A DNA stretch of 64,000 nt from positions 38,626,001 to 38,690,000 of the forward strand of contig OX597828.1 of NCBI GenBank assembly GCA_951406725.2, written 5' to 3'. The DNA is from Octopus vulgaris. Its lineage: Eukaryota. The translations under genes were made by a program, and so were the position numbers. Shown here one piece after another: positions 53,328 through 64,000 of the stretch (its first letter is position 1; the number at the start of each line of letters is the position of its first letter). The notes beneath the pieces were generated by a model. That model saw only the letters and a program-made list of their open reading frames with translations, did no database searches and was not told where the DNA came from.

Positions 53328-53805
53328 TCATCATCATCATTTAACGTCTGTTGTCCATGCTGGCATGGGTTGGACAAGTTGACCAACCTGCATGCTGGAA
53401 GGCTGCACCACACTCCAGTCTGATTTGGCATGGTTTTCTACAGCAGAATGCCCTTCCTAAAGCCAACCACTCCAAGAGTGTAATAGGTGCTTCTACGTGC
53501 TACCAGCACAGGTGCCATTTGTGTGACACGAGGGTGCATTTACATGCCACCAGCATGGGTGCCCATTTGCATGACACCAGTATCTGCCATGACTGATTTT
53601 GCTTGGCTTAATGGATCTTCTTCTCAAGTACGACATAATTCCAAAGGTCTTGGTTATTGCCTCCGTGAGGCCCAACACCTGAGAGGAACTCAGCCACTTT
53701 GCCTCCGTCAGGCCCAATGCTCGAAAGGAACCCAACCACTTTGCCTCCATGGGACCCAACACTTGAAAGAAACTCAGCCGCTTTGCCTCTGTCAGGTCCA
53801 ACCCT
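53328..53805 (-). mobile_element. Family C-related repeat with 42-bp tandem units
   Basis: Family C 3' end plus about 3.5 copies of TTGCCTCCGTGAGGCCCAACAC..GAAAGGAACTCAGCCACT at 53657-53802. Confidence 0.7.
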
Positions 53806-53820
53806 TGATATATATATATA

Positions 53821-53955
53821 AGTTTGATTCAAATTCATTGGAACTCTGAAAGTTTCAAGTCTGATACTAATCTTCAGCCATTTTCATATTCAAAATGGCT
53901 GAAGATTAGCATGATGCTTGAAACTCTCGGAGTACCAGCAAATTTGAATCAAACT
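53821..53955. repeat. 135-bp palindrome with CTGAAGA...GAAAC on both strands (Penelope-like terminus)
   Basis: Arms AGTTTGATTCAAATT/AATTTGAATCAAACT and CTAATCTTCAGCCATTTT/AAAATGGCTGAAGATTAG; followed by AATAAA and (TA)n. Confidence 0.75.
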
Positions 53956-54034
53956 GTTTTGATCCATGCATGCAACTCCCAATAAATGTGTTGGCTGCCC
54001 TTCTTTCAATTGTCCACTCATTTGAATATATATA

Positions 54035-56092
54035 TGCTAGAGCACCACCTTTAGTCAAACAAATCGGCCCCAGGACTTATTCTTTGTAAGTCTAGTACTT
54101 ATTCTATCAGTCTCTTTTGCTGAATTGCTAATTTAAGAGGACGTAAACACACCAGCATTGTTTGTCAAGCGATGGTGAGGGGACAAATACATACAAACAC
54201 TCACACATATATACATATATATATATGTATACTCATAAAGCTTAGGACTGACCGGAAATTGTAATAAAAGACACTGACAACAATACCATGCTGTTGGATT
54301 GAAACTGGGACTTCAGAATTGCAAAGCAAACTTCTTAATCCTTCAGCCATGCCTGCACTTTAAATACACACCAGCTCACAGGTATTAAAAACAGACCACT
54401 TTATAAGTTGAATTTATGTTAAATTTTTAACAAACTATTTCTTTAAGTGCCTAAGTAAATAAATAATTGAATAGGTAAATAATTAAAGAGATAAACAAAC
54501 ATATGAATAAAACAAAGCAAATATATATAAATGCGATCAAGTGACCTAGGTGTCTTTATAAAGTCTGACTTTGCTAACAATGTAAACCATTGTTATGGAA
54601 TCAAACTGCTTGGTGTAAATGGTATTTATGTGAATGTGCAGGTGTGTGTGTGTATTTTTGTGCTTCTACATGTGTTGTGTCCTTGAGCAAGGCACTTCAA
54701 CCATTGTTATGGAAGAATATTGCCATAACAAGTCTTGTCCACCCCATGTCATATTACGGAGAAAGTGGGCGTAAAAGAGTAGATGATGATGAGCATGACA
54801 TTGTGGTGATGTGTATGTGTGTGCGTGTGTGTGTGTGAATGCATATACTCTTTTTACTTGTTTCAGTCATTTGACTGTGGCCATGCTGAAGCACCGCCTT
54901 ATAGTCAAGCAAATCGATCCTAAGACTTGTTCTTTGTAAGCCTAGTACTTATTCTATTGCTCTTTTGCCGAACCGCTAAGTTACAGGGACATAAACACAC
55001 CAGCATCGGTTGTTAAGCGATGTTGGGGGGGGGGGACAAACATAGACACATAAACATATATGGGGTGATTGTGTGTCAAAACAGGAAATGGGGTAGGAAT
55101 TATCCAGTTACTGAAACAAGTAAAAGAGTAGAGAATATGTATGTATGTATGTGTGCGTGTATGTATGTATGTAGGTATGTATGTATTCCTATATTCTTTT
55201 ATTTGCTTCAGTCATTTGACTGTGGCCATACTGGAGCACCGCCATTAGTCAAACGAATCGACCCAAGGACTTATTGTTTGTGAGCCTAGTACTTATCCTA
55301 TCAGTCTCTTTTGCCGAACCACTAAGTTACAGGGTTGTAAACACACCAGCATTGGTTATCAAGTGATGGTGGGGGGGACAAACACAGACACACAAACACA
55401 CACACACATATATAATATATATATATATTGAACACCAAACTCTGCTTGCAAAGACCTGTTGAGACAAGTGAAATTGAAATCAAATTCGATGACTGGCATC
55501 CATGCTAGTGGAAAGCTAAGAGCACCATCCATACGTGATCGTTGTCAGAGCAGCTAACTGGTTTCCGGGCTGGTGGTACGTAAAAAGCACCATTTGAGTA
55601 TGATCGTTACCAGCGTCGCCTTACTGGCACTTGTGGTAGTGACACGTGAAAAAACATTGCCACTGCTGCTGGACTAGCTCTTGTACAGGTGGCACATAAA
55701 ACACACCATTTGAGCGTGGTCCTTGCCAGTGCAGCCCAACTGGCCTCGTGCCAGTGGTACGTAAAAGCACCCACTACATTCTCAGTGTGATTGGCGTTAG
55801 GAAGGGCATCCAGCTGTAGAAACTCTGCCAGATCAGATTGGAGCCTGGTGCAGCCATCTGGTTCACCTGTCCTCAGTCAAATCGTCCAACCCATGCTAGC
55901 ATGGAAAGCAGATGTTAAATGATGATGATGATGATATATATATATACAACAGGCTTTTTTCAGTTTCCATCTACCAAAGCTTTGGCTGGCATAAGGCTAT
56001 AGTAGAAGACATCTGCCCAAGGTGCCACACAGTGGGACCCAGAAGCATGTGGTTGGTAAGCAAGCTACTTACCACACAGCCACTCTTGCATC
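54035..56092. mobile_element. Cluster of family A SINEs (54035-54360, 54847-55060, 55195-56092) with a family C element nested at 55480-55935
   Basis: The family A copy from 55195 breaks at its (TA)n and resumes at about 55945 after the (GAT)n tail. Confidence 0.8.
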
Positions 56093-56289
56093 TATGTATG
56101 TATGTTTGTATGTATGTGTACATGGTGTATGTGTGCAAGAATGATTATCATTATATGATTGAATCTGTATGCTTTGACTTAAGTATGTGTACATTTACAT
56201 ACGCTTGTATGTCATCAATTATTAAATGCTAAACTTCTAGAATGTCTTACATATTTTCACTGTTCTATTAATGACTTGTAATTATAACT

Positions 56290-57330
56290 TCATAATTAGC
56301 CTGCCTCCTTTCTGGTTTTGTGAAACTCAGCTTCTCAAGACACATGCTGAGGCAGTTAGTCATATATCCAAGTGCTCCAACAATTACAGCTATAATTGTA
56401 AAGCTACAGGCCAAGGAGTATATCTACTGATTCCTCATTAGATCAGCTTTATTTTCTTTTTCCCCTATCTTCACATTAACATCTGTCGGGTGACTGAATT
56501 CTACTTCTTTACACTCTTTCTTTACTCTGTCCCAAATCATCTTATCTGATCTCTTATGCTTACATATTACGGATGGTTTGACAGAGACAGTCCTCCAGCA
56601 TTGTTTCATATTATGAACAACTAGCAGTATCGCCCGGCGTTGCTCGGGTTTGTAAGGGAAATAACTATATAAGCATTTTTAGAGAGTTATAGCCAAAAAA
56701 TAGCAAAAAAATGCATTAAAAGTGGAAAAAAAAATTATGGTAAATTTTTTTTAAATCGTTGACTCATCGTAGACATTTTTAGAGAGTTACTTCCCTTATA
56801 TAATAGCGAAAAAAATGCATTAGAATGGAAAAAAATTATGGTAAATTTTTTTTAAATCGTAGACTCATTGTAGACGCGCGCTAATACCCAGAAGGGCTCG
56901 ATATGAATCACGACTATAAGATACCCGCTTTTGGTTAAACTGCACCGCAAAATGTGTGAGTAGTTAGGAATCTAAATCGTAGGAGACAGACACACAACTT
57001 GACTTTTATATATAAAGATTGTATCCTTCATATAATTGTAACTGCTGGTGATACTCATTTTCAACTGTATGGACTAAAGCACTGTGAAATGCAAGCCCTA
57101 TACTCAAGGATACAACATACTGCCGAGTCCCAAAAACGAACTCACAATCTAACAGCTGTGAGCCCTCCACCCTGGCAATTAGGCCACACACCTTCACTAC
57201 TCCTGCGTAAAGCATAAAAAGATAACAGGCTCCTGGTGGTCTCCTAACGAGTTTTCAAAAACATATAAATACTTCTAGCCAAACCACTTGAATTAGTTTA
57301 TCAAAGCTCTTTTGTTTTAAGTCATTAGCT
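56290..57330 (-). mobile_element. 3' remnant of an R4/Dong-like LINE with restriction-like endonuclease, split by a Helitron
   Basis: KHKRSDKMIWDRVKKECKEVEFSHPTDVNVKIGEKENK..IIAVIVGALG matches the (HN)RPD...IE.S.P.D...K..EK..KY...IVGALG pattern. The upstream limit is uncertain. Confidence 0.65.
56621..57018 (-). mobile_element. Non-autonomous Helitron (398 bp)
   Basis: Minus strand: A|TCTTTATATATAAAAG ... CCCGAGCAACGCCGGG hairpin ... CTAG|T; 5'-TC, 3'-CTAG, AT target, no TSD; internal ~100-bp tandem duplication. Confidence 0.88.
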
Positions 57331-57357
57331 CACCCACCATAGATCTGAAAGAGAATG

Positions 57358-57621
57358 TAATATATATATATATATATATATATAAATGTACATATATGCA
57401 TGCATACATATATACATACATACATACACACACATATTAATACATACGTACATACATACATACACGCACACATACATACATACATACATACATACATACA
57501 TACATACATGCATGCATACATACATACATACATACATGCATGCATACATACATACATACATACATACATACATACATACATACATACATGCATACATACA
57601 TACATACATACATACATACGC

Positions 57622-57652
<31 letters not shown>

Positions 57653-57706
57653 TACACACATACATACATACATACATACATACATACATAATGTGTGTGT
57701 GTGTGT
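57358..57706. repeat. (TA)n + (TACA)n microsatellite
   Basis: Direct reading. Confidence 0.95.
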
Positions 57707-57729
57707 AGCATAATTGAGGAAGAATGGCA

Positions 57730-57885
57730 GATGCTAAAATTTACAGGCCTATCTCTCTTGACTTGACATATCAGCAAGGTCATGGAAGAAATTATCAAAG
57801 AGAAACTGATTACCTTCTTATAAGAGAATGGCTTGTGTAGCATTACACCACATGGTTTGCAGCCAAGCAGAAGCTGCTTCACATA
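57730..57885 (+). mobile_element. CR1-group LINE RT fragment
   Basis: YRPISLT..ISKVMEEIIKEKLITFL*ENGL...HGLQPSRSCFT. Confidence 0.75.
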
Positions 57886-58366
57886 AATGCTCCAACATTT
57901 ATTGCTGGGTGTTAAAGCAACTGGTCAACCATTCAAACACAGTATTGACCGATATGGAACTTGCAAACGGTTTCCTACAAAGTAGAGCATTAGTTTGTTA
58001 TGTAATCATCACAACAAACAGGAACAATCAACGTTGCCCATTGTCTCCCTTGATACAAGGACATTCAGTAAGTTTCCCGCCACAACAAATACCTTGTACA
58101 ACAACGGCAGTCTAATAAAGTATCTCGTATCGTTAACACGTTTTTTCAGTCTCTCTCATTTTCTTAATCTTTCATACTAAGTACTCACTACTTCCTTTAA
58201 TACTCAATACATTATATATATATAACAACAACAAGTTTAATAAGTCAGAAGTAACATCTTAGCTCTGTAGGAAAACTAGACAAATTAGTTTAGGACATCC
58301 TAAATGACAGATGCCAAGTTGTGGTGGCCATCAGTAGCATTTGTGGGTGATCAATAATCCACAGCT

Positions 58367-58578
58367 CTCTTTTTACTCTTTTACTCTTTTACTTGATTCA
58401 GTCATTTGACTGCGGCCATGCTGGAACACCGCATATTGACCCTAGGACTTATTCTTTGTAAGCCCAGTACTTATTCTATCAGTCTTTTTTGCTGAACCGC
58501 TAAGTGACGGGGACATAAACACACCAGCATCGGTTGTCAAGCAATGCTAGAGGGACAAACACAGACGCACGAACATAT

Positions 58579-58646
<68 letters not shown>

Positions 58647-58810
58647 GACAGGCTTCTTTCAGTTTCCGTCTACCAAATCCACTCACAAGGCTTTGGTTGG
58701 CCCGAGGCTATAGCAGAAGACACTTGCCCAAGATGCCACGCAGTGGGACTGAACCCGGAACCATGTGGTTGGTTAGAAAGCTACTTACCACACAGCCACT
58801 CCTGCGCCTG
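58367..58810 (-). mobile_element. Family A SINE
   Basis: Full reverse copy with a (TTTTACTC)n tail. Confidence 0.92.
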
Positions 58811-58862
58811 GGTATTTTTATTAAATTATCTTGAGGACATTATTGTTTGCGAGATGTATGTA

Positions 58863-59077
58863 CAAGGGGGATGCTGGAAAGTTCCGAGCTTTAAGGGTAT
58901 CATGAAATGCCTGGTTGGAAGCCCAGCCTTCTGAGGTCTTTTACTGTGCTTAGAAAAACTGAAGGACCACTGCAAAAAGTGTTTGAATCTGAGAGGGGAA
59001 TATGTTCAATAAAATCAATTAATTGATCCTCCTGTATTTTCTTTTACCCAGACTAAGGAACTTTTCAGTACCCCCTC

Positions 59078-59078
<1 letters not shown>
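58863..59078 (+). mobile_element. Mariner-derived MITE / deletion derivative
   Basis: TA-CAAGGGGGATGCTGGAAAGTTCC ... GGAACTTTTCAGTACCCCCTCA-TA; retains the transposase C-terminus-like KCLNLRGEYVQ*. Confidence 0.75.
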
Positions 59079-59108
<30 letters not shown>

Positions 59109-59121
59109 TGTATGTATGTAT

Positions 59122-59179
<58 letters not shown>

Positions 59180-59921
59180 GCTGGTGAGCTGGCGGAATCG
59201 CTAGCACTGCAGGTAAAATCCTTAGTGGCATTTCATCCATCCTTACATTTTGAGTTCAAATTCTGCCATGGTCGACTTTGCCTTTCATCCATTCGGGATC
59301 AATAAAATAAGTACCAGTCAAGCAGTGGGGTCAATGTAATCGACTAGCCCCCACCCCACCCCTGTTCCTCCCAAATTTCAGACCTTATACCTATAATAGA
59401 AAAAATTTTTATTATTATTAGTAGTAGTGTCATTATTGTTATTAAAGTGTCAAATTGGCAGCAGAATTGTTAACACACCAGACAAATACATAGCAGTATT
59501 TTATCTGTCTTTACATTCTGAGTTCAAATTCCACTGAGGGCAACATTGACTTTCATCATTTCAGTATCACCGAAATGAGTACCATTGATGTAATCAGCTG
59601 ACACCTCACCACCCCGTCACACCAAAATTGCTGGCCTTGCGCTGAAATTTAAGACCTTTTCTTTTCTTTTTCTTTTACTTGTTTCAGTCATTTGACTGCG
59701 GCCTTGCTGGAGCACCACCTTTAGTCGAGCAAATCGACCCCAGGACTTATTCTTTGTAAGCCTAGTACTTATTCTACCGGCCCCTTTTGCTGAACCGCTA
59801 AGTTACAGGGAAGAAATACACCAGCATCGGTTGTCAAGAGGGGACAAACACAGACACAAACATACACACATACATACATACATATATATACATATACATA
59901 TATATACACACACACACACAC

Positions 59922-59964
<43 letters not shown>

Positions 59965-60150
59965 CATACATACACACACATATACGACAGGCTTCTTTCA
60001 GTTTCCATCTACCAAATCCACTCACAAGGCTTTGGTCGGCCCAAGGCTATAGTAGAAGGCACTTACCCAAGGTGCCATGCAGTGGGACTGAACCTAGAAC
60101 CATGTGGTTGGTAAGCAAGCTACTTACCACAGAGTCACTCCTGTGCCTAT
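59180..60150. mobile_element. Two family B SINEs (+, 59180-59655) followed by a family A SINE (-, 59670-60150)
   Basis: Matches to the other copies; preceded by (TATG)n(TAT)n at 59079-59178. Confidence 0.85.
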
Positions 60151-60207
60151 ATAATTATTATTGTTGTTGTTTTGAAGGGTTGGGATTTAATCAATTTTCT
60201 GTGGTAA

Positions 60208-60295
60208 GCTGGTTGGCTGGTGGGCTGGTTGGCTGGTAGGCTGGTTGGCCAGTTGGCCGGCTGGTTGGCCGGTTGGCCGGCTGGATGGTTGCCAG
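60208..60295. repeat. (GGCTGGTT)n-like tandem repeat
   Basis: Direct reading. Confidence 0.85.
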
Positions 60296-61014
60296 TAAAA
60301 ACATGAAGTGGTTTCATGAGTGTAAATGATCTATTTATTTGTTTAACAAGACATTAATAAAGGCAAACACAAACAGCATAACATAAATGAAAACACTTCA
60401 TTTGCCACGGATGTGTGTGTAAGTGTGTGTGTGTGTGTGTGTGTGTAAATAAACGCACAAATTTTGTAAGACAAACAATATCCATTGTGTTGTATAAATA
60501 TGTCTAAATTCAGATGGATTAACTCTGCTGCATGTGGTCACTCGACCAGCTAGAAATAGAAGTCAAATCTCCATCAGATCACAACTTTACAGTCTTTAAA
60601 ATGAATTCATTGAATAATATAATCTGATGTACACTGTTTGTAATAAAAAAAAATAATATGAGTAGATGGTCAAGGCTGGAACTCCTCTGATCATAAGTCT
60701 GTTCATCATCATCACCATCATCTTTCTAGCCTTCCTCCTCCTCCTCATCATCATCATCATCATCATTATCTTTATCTTTTATCTTTTATCTTTGACTTGT
60801 TTCAATCAGACCGTGGCCATGCTGGGGCACTTTCTTGAACAATTTTAGTCAAACAAATCAACCCCAGGACTTGTTTTCTTAAAAGCCTGCAACTTATTCA
60901 GTCAGTCTCTTTTGCCAAACCTCTAAGTTATGGGGACAAAACACACTGACAACAGTTGTCAAGCAGTCATGGGGTACAAACGCATCCACGTGCACAGACA
61001 CACACACAAACTCT

Positions 61015-61500
61015 CTGCAATGGGTGTGGAAGATGATCTTTTTAACAGGTTGGAGTCCTTCATGCTCAGCCAAAAAGAGGTAGTCACGGTCATAGGACAG
61101 CATTCTTCACCCTATGAGATGTCATCTGGTGTACTGCAGGGATCTGTTCTTGGCCCCTTATGCTTGTTGCATACATGAAAAACATAGACACCAGACATTC
61201 AGAGTATGGTAGATGCCTGATGAAGTGTATTCACTCGGTTGCACATCTCTGAACAGTTTCCAGGAGATCAATGTTCTGAGCAAAATAGGGGTTCCAGACT
61301 GGTGATGAAAATTCCAAGTGTGACCACACCATAGCCATATACAGCCTTAAATAGATAGCTGGAGAGCGGCCGACAAAGGTCCTTCTGAGTGATGCCAAGA
61401 TACCCTCAGCCTTCTTGACAGTTTTAGAGATATGCTTTGTCCAGTGCAAACCGCTGCTGACAGTAATGCCCAGGTCATGTACACAAGAAGACTTGATATT
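61015..61500. mobile_element. CR1-group LINE RT fragments in opposite orientations
   Basis: Plus strand 61015-61178: SGVLQGSVLGPL. Minus strand 61490-61200: DLGITVSSGLHWTKHI..LYMAMVWSHLEFSSPVWNPY..LETVQRCAT. Confidence 0.85.
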
Positions 61501-61584
61501 AGTGTTGATGAAAGGCAAAATAGCCCTCAACAGGATTTCAACAAATAACTATAAAGGGTTGTAACAAAATACCACAACACAAGA

Positions 61585-62200
61585 CCCATTCAAACATGGT
61601 CGATGACAGTGCCGCCTGACTGGCTCCTGTGCCGGTGGCACATAAAAAGCACCATTTGAGCATAGTCGATGCCAGTGCCACCTGACTGGCTCCCATGCTG
61701 GTGGCACATAAAAAGCACCATTCAAGTGTGGTCAATGCCAGTGTCACCTGACTGGCTCTCATGCCACTGGCATGTAAAAAGCACCACTACACTCTCAGAG
61801 TGGTTGGCATTAGGAAGGGCATCCAGCTGTAGAAACCTTGCCAGATCAGATTGGAGCCTGGTGCAGCCTCCTTGCTTGACAGTCCTCAGCCAAACCGTCC
61901 AGCCCATGCCAGCATGGAAAGCGGACATTAAACAATGATGATGATGATGTTGTCTGTCTGATTAATATTCTTCCTTCAGATTAATGCAGCAAGCTGGCAG
62001 AATCGTTAGCACGCCAGGGGAAATGCTCAGTGGCATTTCATCCATCTTTACGTTCTGAGTTCAAATTCTGTTGAGGATGAGTTTACCTTTCATCCTTTCA
62101 GGGTCGACAAAATAAGTACCAGTTGAGTACTGAGGTTGATGCAATCGACTTAATCCATTACCCTGAGCCTGCTGGCCTTGTGCAAAAATTTGAAACCAGA
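61585..62200 (+). mobile_element. Family C element (61585-61950) and family B SINE (61988-62200)
   Basis: Matches to the other copies. Confidence 0.85.
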
Positions 62201-62280
62201 ATTCTTTCTTCAGATTGGTATTCTTTTAAATTTTGGCACAAGGCCATCAATTTTGATGGGAAGATTCAAGCCAATTACTC

Positions 62281-62872
62281 ATACCGGCTGCCTCAGACAC
62301 TCGTCGAAGAGCACCCTTGGAGGAACCATGTGGGCTGAAACAACCAGGAGGTGAACATGCTACTGCAACGCAAATGACGACGCCCGACAACACCTGCCTC
62401 ATGGCTAATGCACCAACCTGTGTGACGATGCCAGAGCAATATCCCGCAGGCATGAAACTGGATGGGCAAAGACAGGGCAGCTGATGCAGCAGCGATGCAT
62501 GCAAAGCTCCGCAGCCTGACTGCACACATCCTGGCAAATAGGGCTGGGAGTGTGAACAGATGACCGAAGCAGACGTGCGCTAGGCACACCCGCAATGGCG
62601 CTGTCACCCCATATGTGTTCAGGCATGTTTTCAAGACCTGAATTCCAACTACAAGCTTTTCAAATGCAACAGTTTTAATATACGCTACCGAAGCTGGAAT
62701 TACCATGGCTGCTGGCACCAGACTTGCCCTCCAGTCGATCCTCATTAACAGATTTGAAGTGTACTCATTCCAATCATGGGGCCTCAACAGAGTCCCACAT
62801 TGATATTTTTCATCACTACCTCCCCATGCCGGGAGTGGGTAATTTGCACACCTGCTGCCTTCCTTGGATGTG
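62281..62872 (-). pseudogene. 18S rRNA pseudogene fragment (V3-V4 region)
   Basis: Minus strand: CACATCCAAGGAAGGCAGCAGG...GGAGGGCAAGTCTGGTGCCAGCAGCCATGGTAATTCCAGCT...GTAGTTGGA, a long GC-rich V4, then GGTGCTCTT..GAGTGTC. Truncated at both ends; conserved CpGs mutated. Confidence 0.93.
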
Positions 62873-63168
62873 TACCCCCAGTACATGACTGATACTTGTT
62901 TCATCAACACCCAAATGTTGTTTACCAATATATAGGCACAGGCTTATATAGGTAGGTCCTTTCACCATAACCATTTTTTCCACAGTCACCCACCTTTTCA
63001 CAAATTCACTGAGAGAGAGCACTTCCCTCTCCACCCTCATTTTCCTCTCCAAGTGGAATTTTTTAAAAAAAGACTAATGAGGGCTTGACCAAAGAGGAAT
63101 GTGTCTTTCTTCAATTCTTTCAGCCTCGGTCACCACATAATCTCTTTTACCATAGCTCCTAGTTAAAA

Positions 63169-63478
63169 CAGTGGTTCTCAACAGAAATCCACATGGCCCT
63201 TGGGGGTCCAAAAACAGATTTGGTAATTAAAGTTTATGAGAAATAAATTGATTATACTTCCACTATATTCTTTTATTCTTTTATTTGTTTCAGACATTTG
63301 AGTATGACCTAGTACTTATTCTATCAGTCTCTATTGCTGAACTGCTAATGTACAGGGATGTAAACACACTAACATCAGTTATCAAGCGGTTGTGTTGGGT
63401 GACAAACACAGGCACACAAATACATACATACAAACACACACACACATACATACATACATACATACATACATACATACA

Positions 63479-63514
<36 letters not shown>

Positions 63515-63805
63515 TATGATGGGCTTCTTTCAGTTTCTGTCTACCAAATCCACTCCCATGGTTTGGTTGGCCCAAGGCTATAGTAGAAGACACTTGCTCA
63601 AGGTGCCACACAGTGGGACTGAACATGGAACCATATGGTTGGGAAGCAAGCATCTTACCACACAGCCACTCCTAACAATTTTTTATATACAATTCCTTAT
63701 ATTTAATTGCAAAAATATAATAGGAATTTTTGATAACATGGGAGTCCAGCAGAGCAAAATAGGGATCAATGGGGTCCAAAAGCAAAAAGTGGTTGAGATC
63801 CGCTG
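63169..63805. mobile_element. hAT/Charlie-type MITE interrupted by a family A SINE (63270-63672, -)
   Basis: CAGTGGTTCTCAAC ... GTTGAGATCCGCTG termini; degenerate 8-bp TSD AGTTAAAA/AGTTAGAG. Confidence 0.75.
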
Positions 63806-64000
63806 AGTTAGAGGAATACTTCTTGCTCTCATTTCTTTTATTGGGCACACAGGCACAAATACAGAGAGGACGGTACAAGGACAGACAGAACAATACAAGT
63901 GGGGACAAAAAACATGAAACGAATGAATGAAAATGGATTTATATAATGGATGGAGATGTAATGGCTACTCTAACCCCCACTTTCAAGCAGTGCCATTTTA

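Noticed and set aside
62281-62872. Functional rRNA gene, or the coding ORF 62293..62928
   Set aside because: Truncated, mutated at universally conserved positions, no rDNA context; the ORF is incidental.

Overview
AT-rich, repeat-dense eukaryotic DNA, most consistent with an octopod cephalopod (octopus-type tRNA-derived SINEs; an 18S fragment with a long GC-rich V4 expansion). The only host gene I can support is a minus-strand, multi-exon immunoglobulin-superfamily glycoprotein with basigin/neuroplastin/embigin-like architecture. It has a signal-peptide exon at 45147-45084, a 37.6-kb first intron, then Ig exons at 7471-7193, 5879-5697 and 3984-3898, all joined by phase-1 GT-AG introns, and it continues off the left edge. 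A candidate promoter (CCAAT, E-box, NRF1 motifs) sits at about 45.6-46.4 kb inside a visibly CpG-retaining domain (about 32-47.5 kb). The rest is mobile DNA: dozens of modular SINEs, a TIR-bounded decayed DD34D mariner nested between two SINEs, a decayed two-LTR Ty3/gypsy element, several LINE remnants, a non-autonomous Helitron, TTAA/hAT/mariner MITEs, Penelope-like inverted repeats with minimal hammerhead-ribozyme-like motifs, a CpG-decayed 18S rRNA fragment inserted in a SINE, a 28-bp G-rich minisatellite and a 1.35-kb (TA/CA) tract. I see no clear wholly new system. The best leads are the hammerhead-like inverted repeats upstream of the promoter, the SINE-flanked symmetric Ig1 exon and the recurrent SINE breakpoint. 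Family names and repeat boundaries come from reading by eye, not from database searches.
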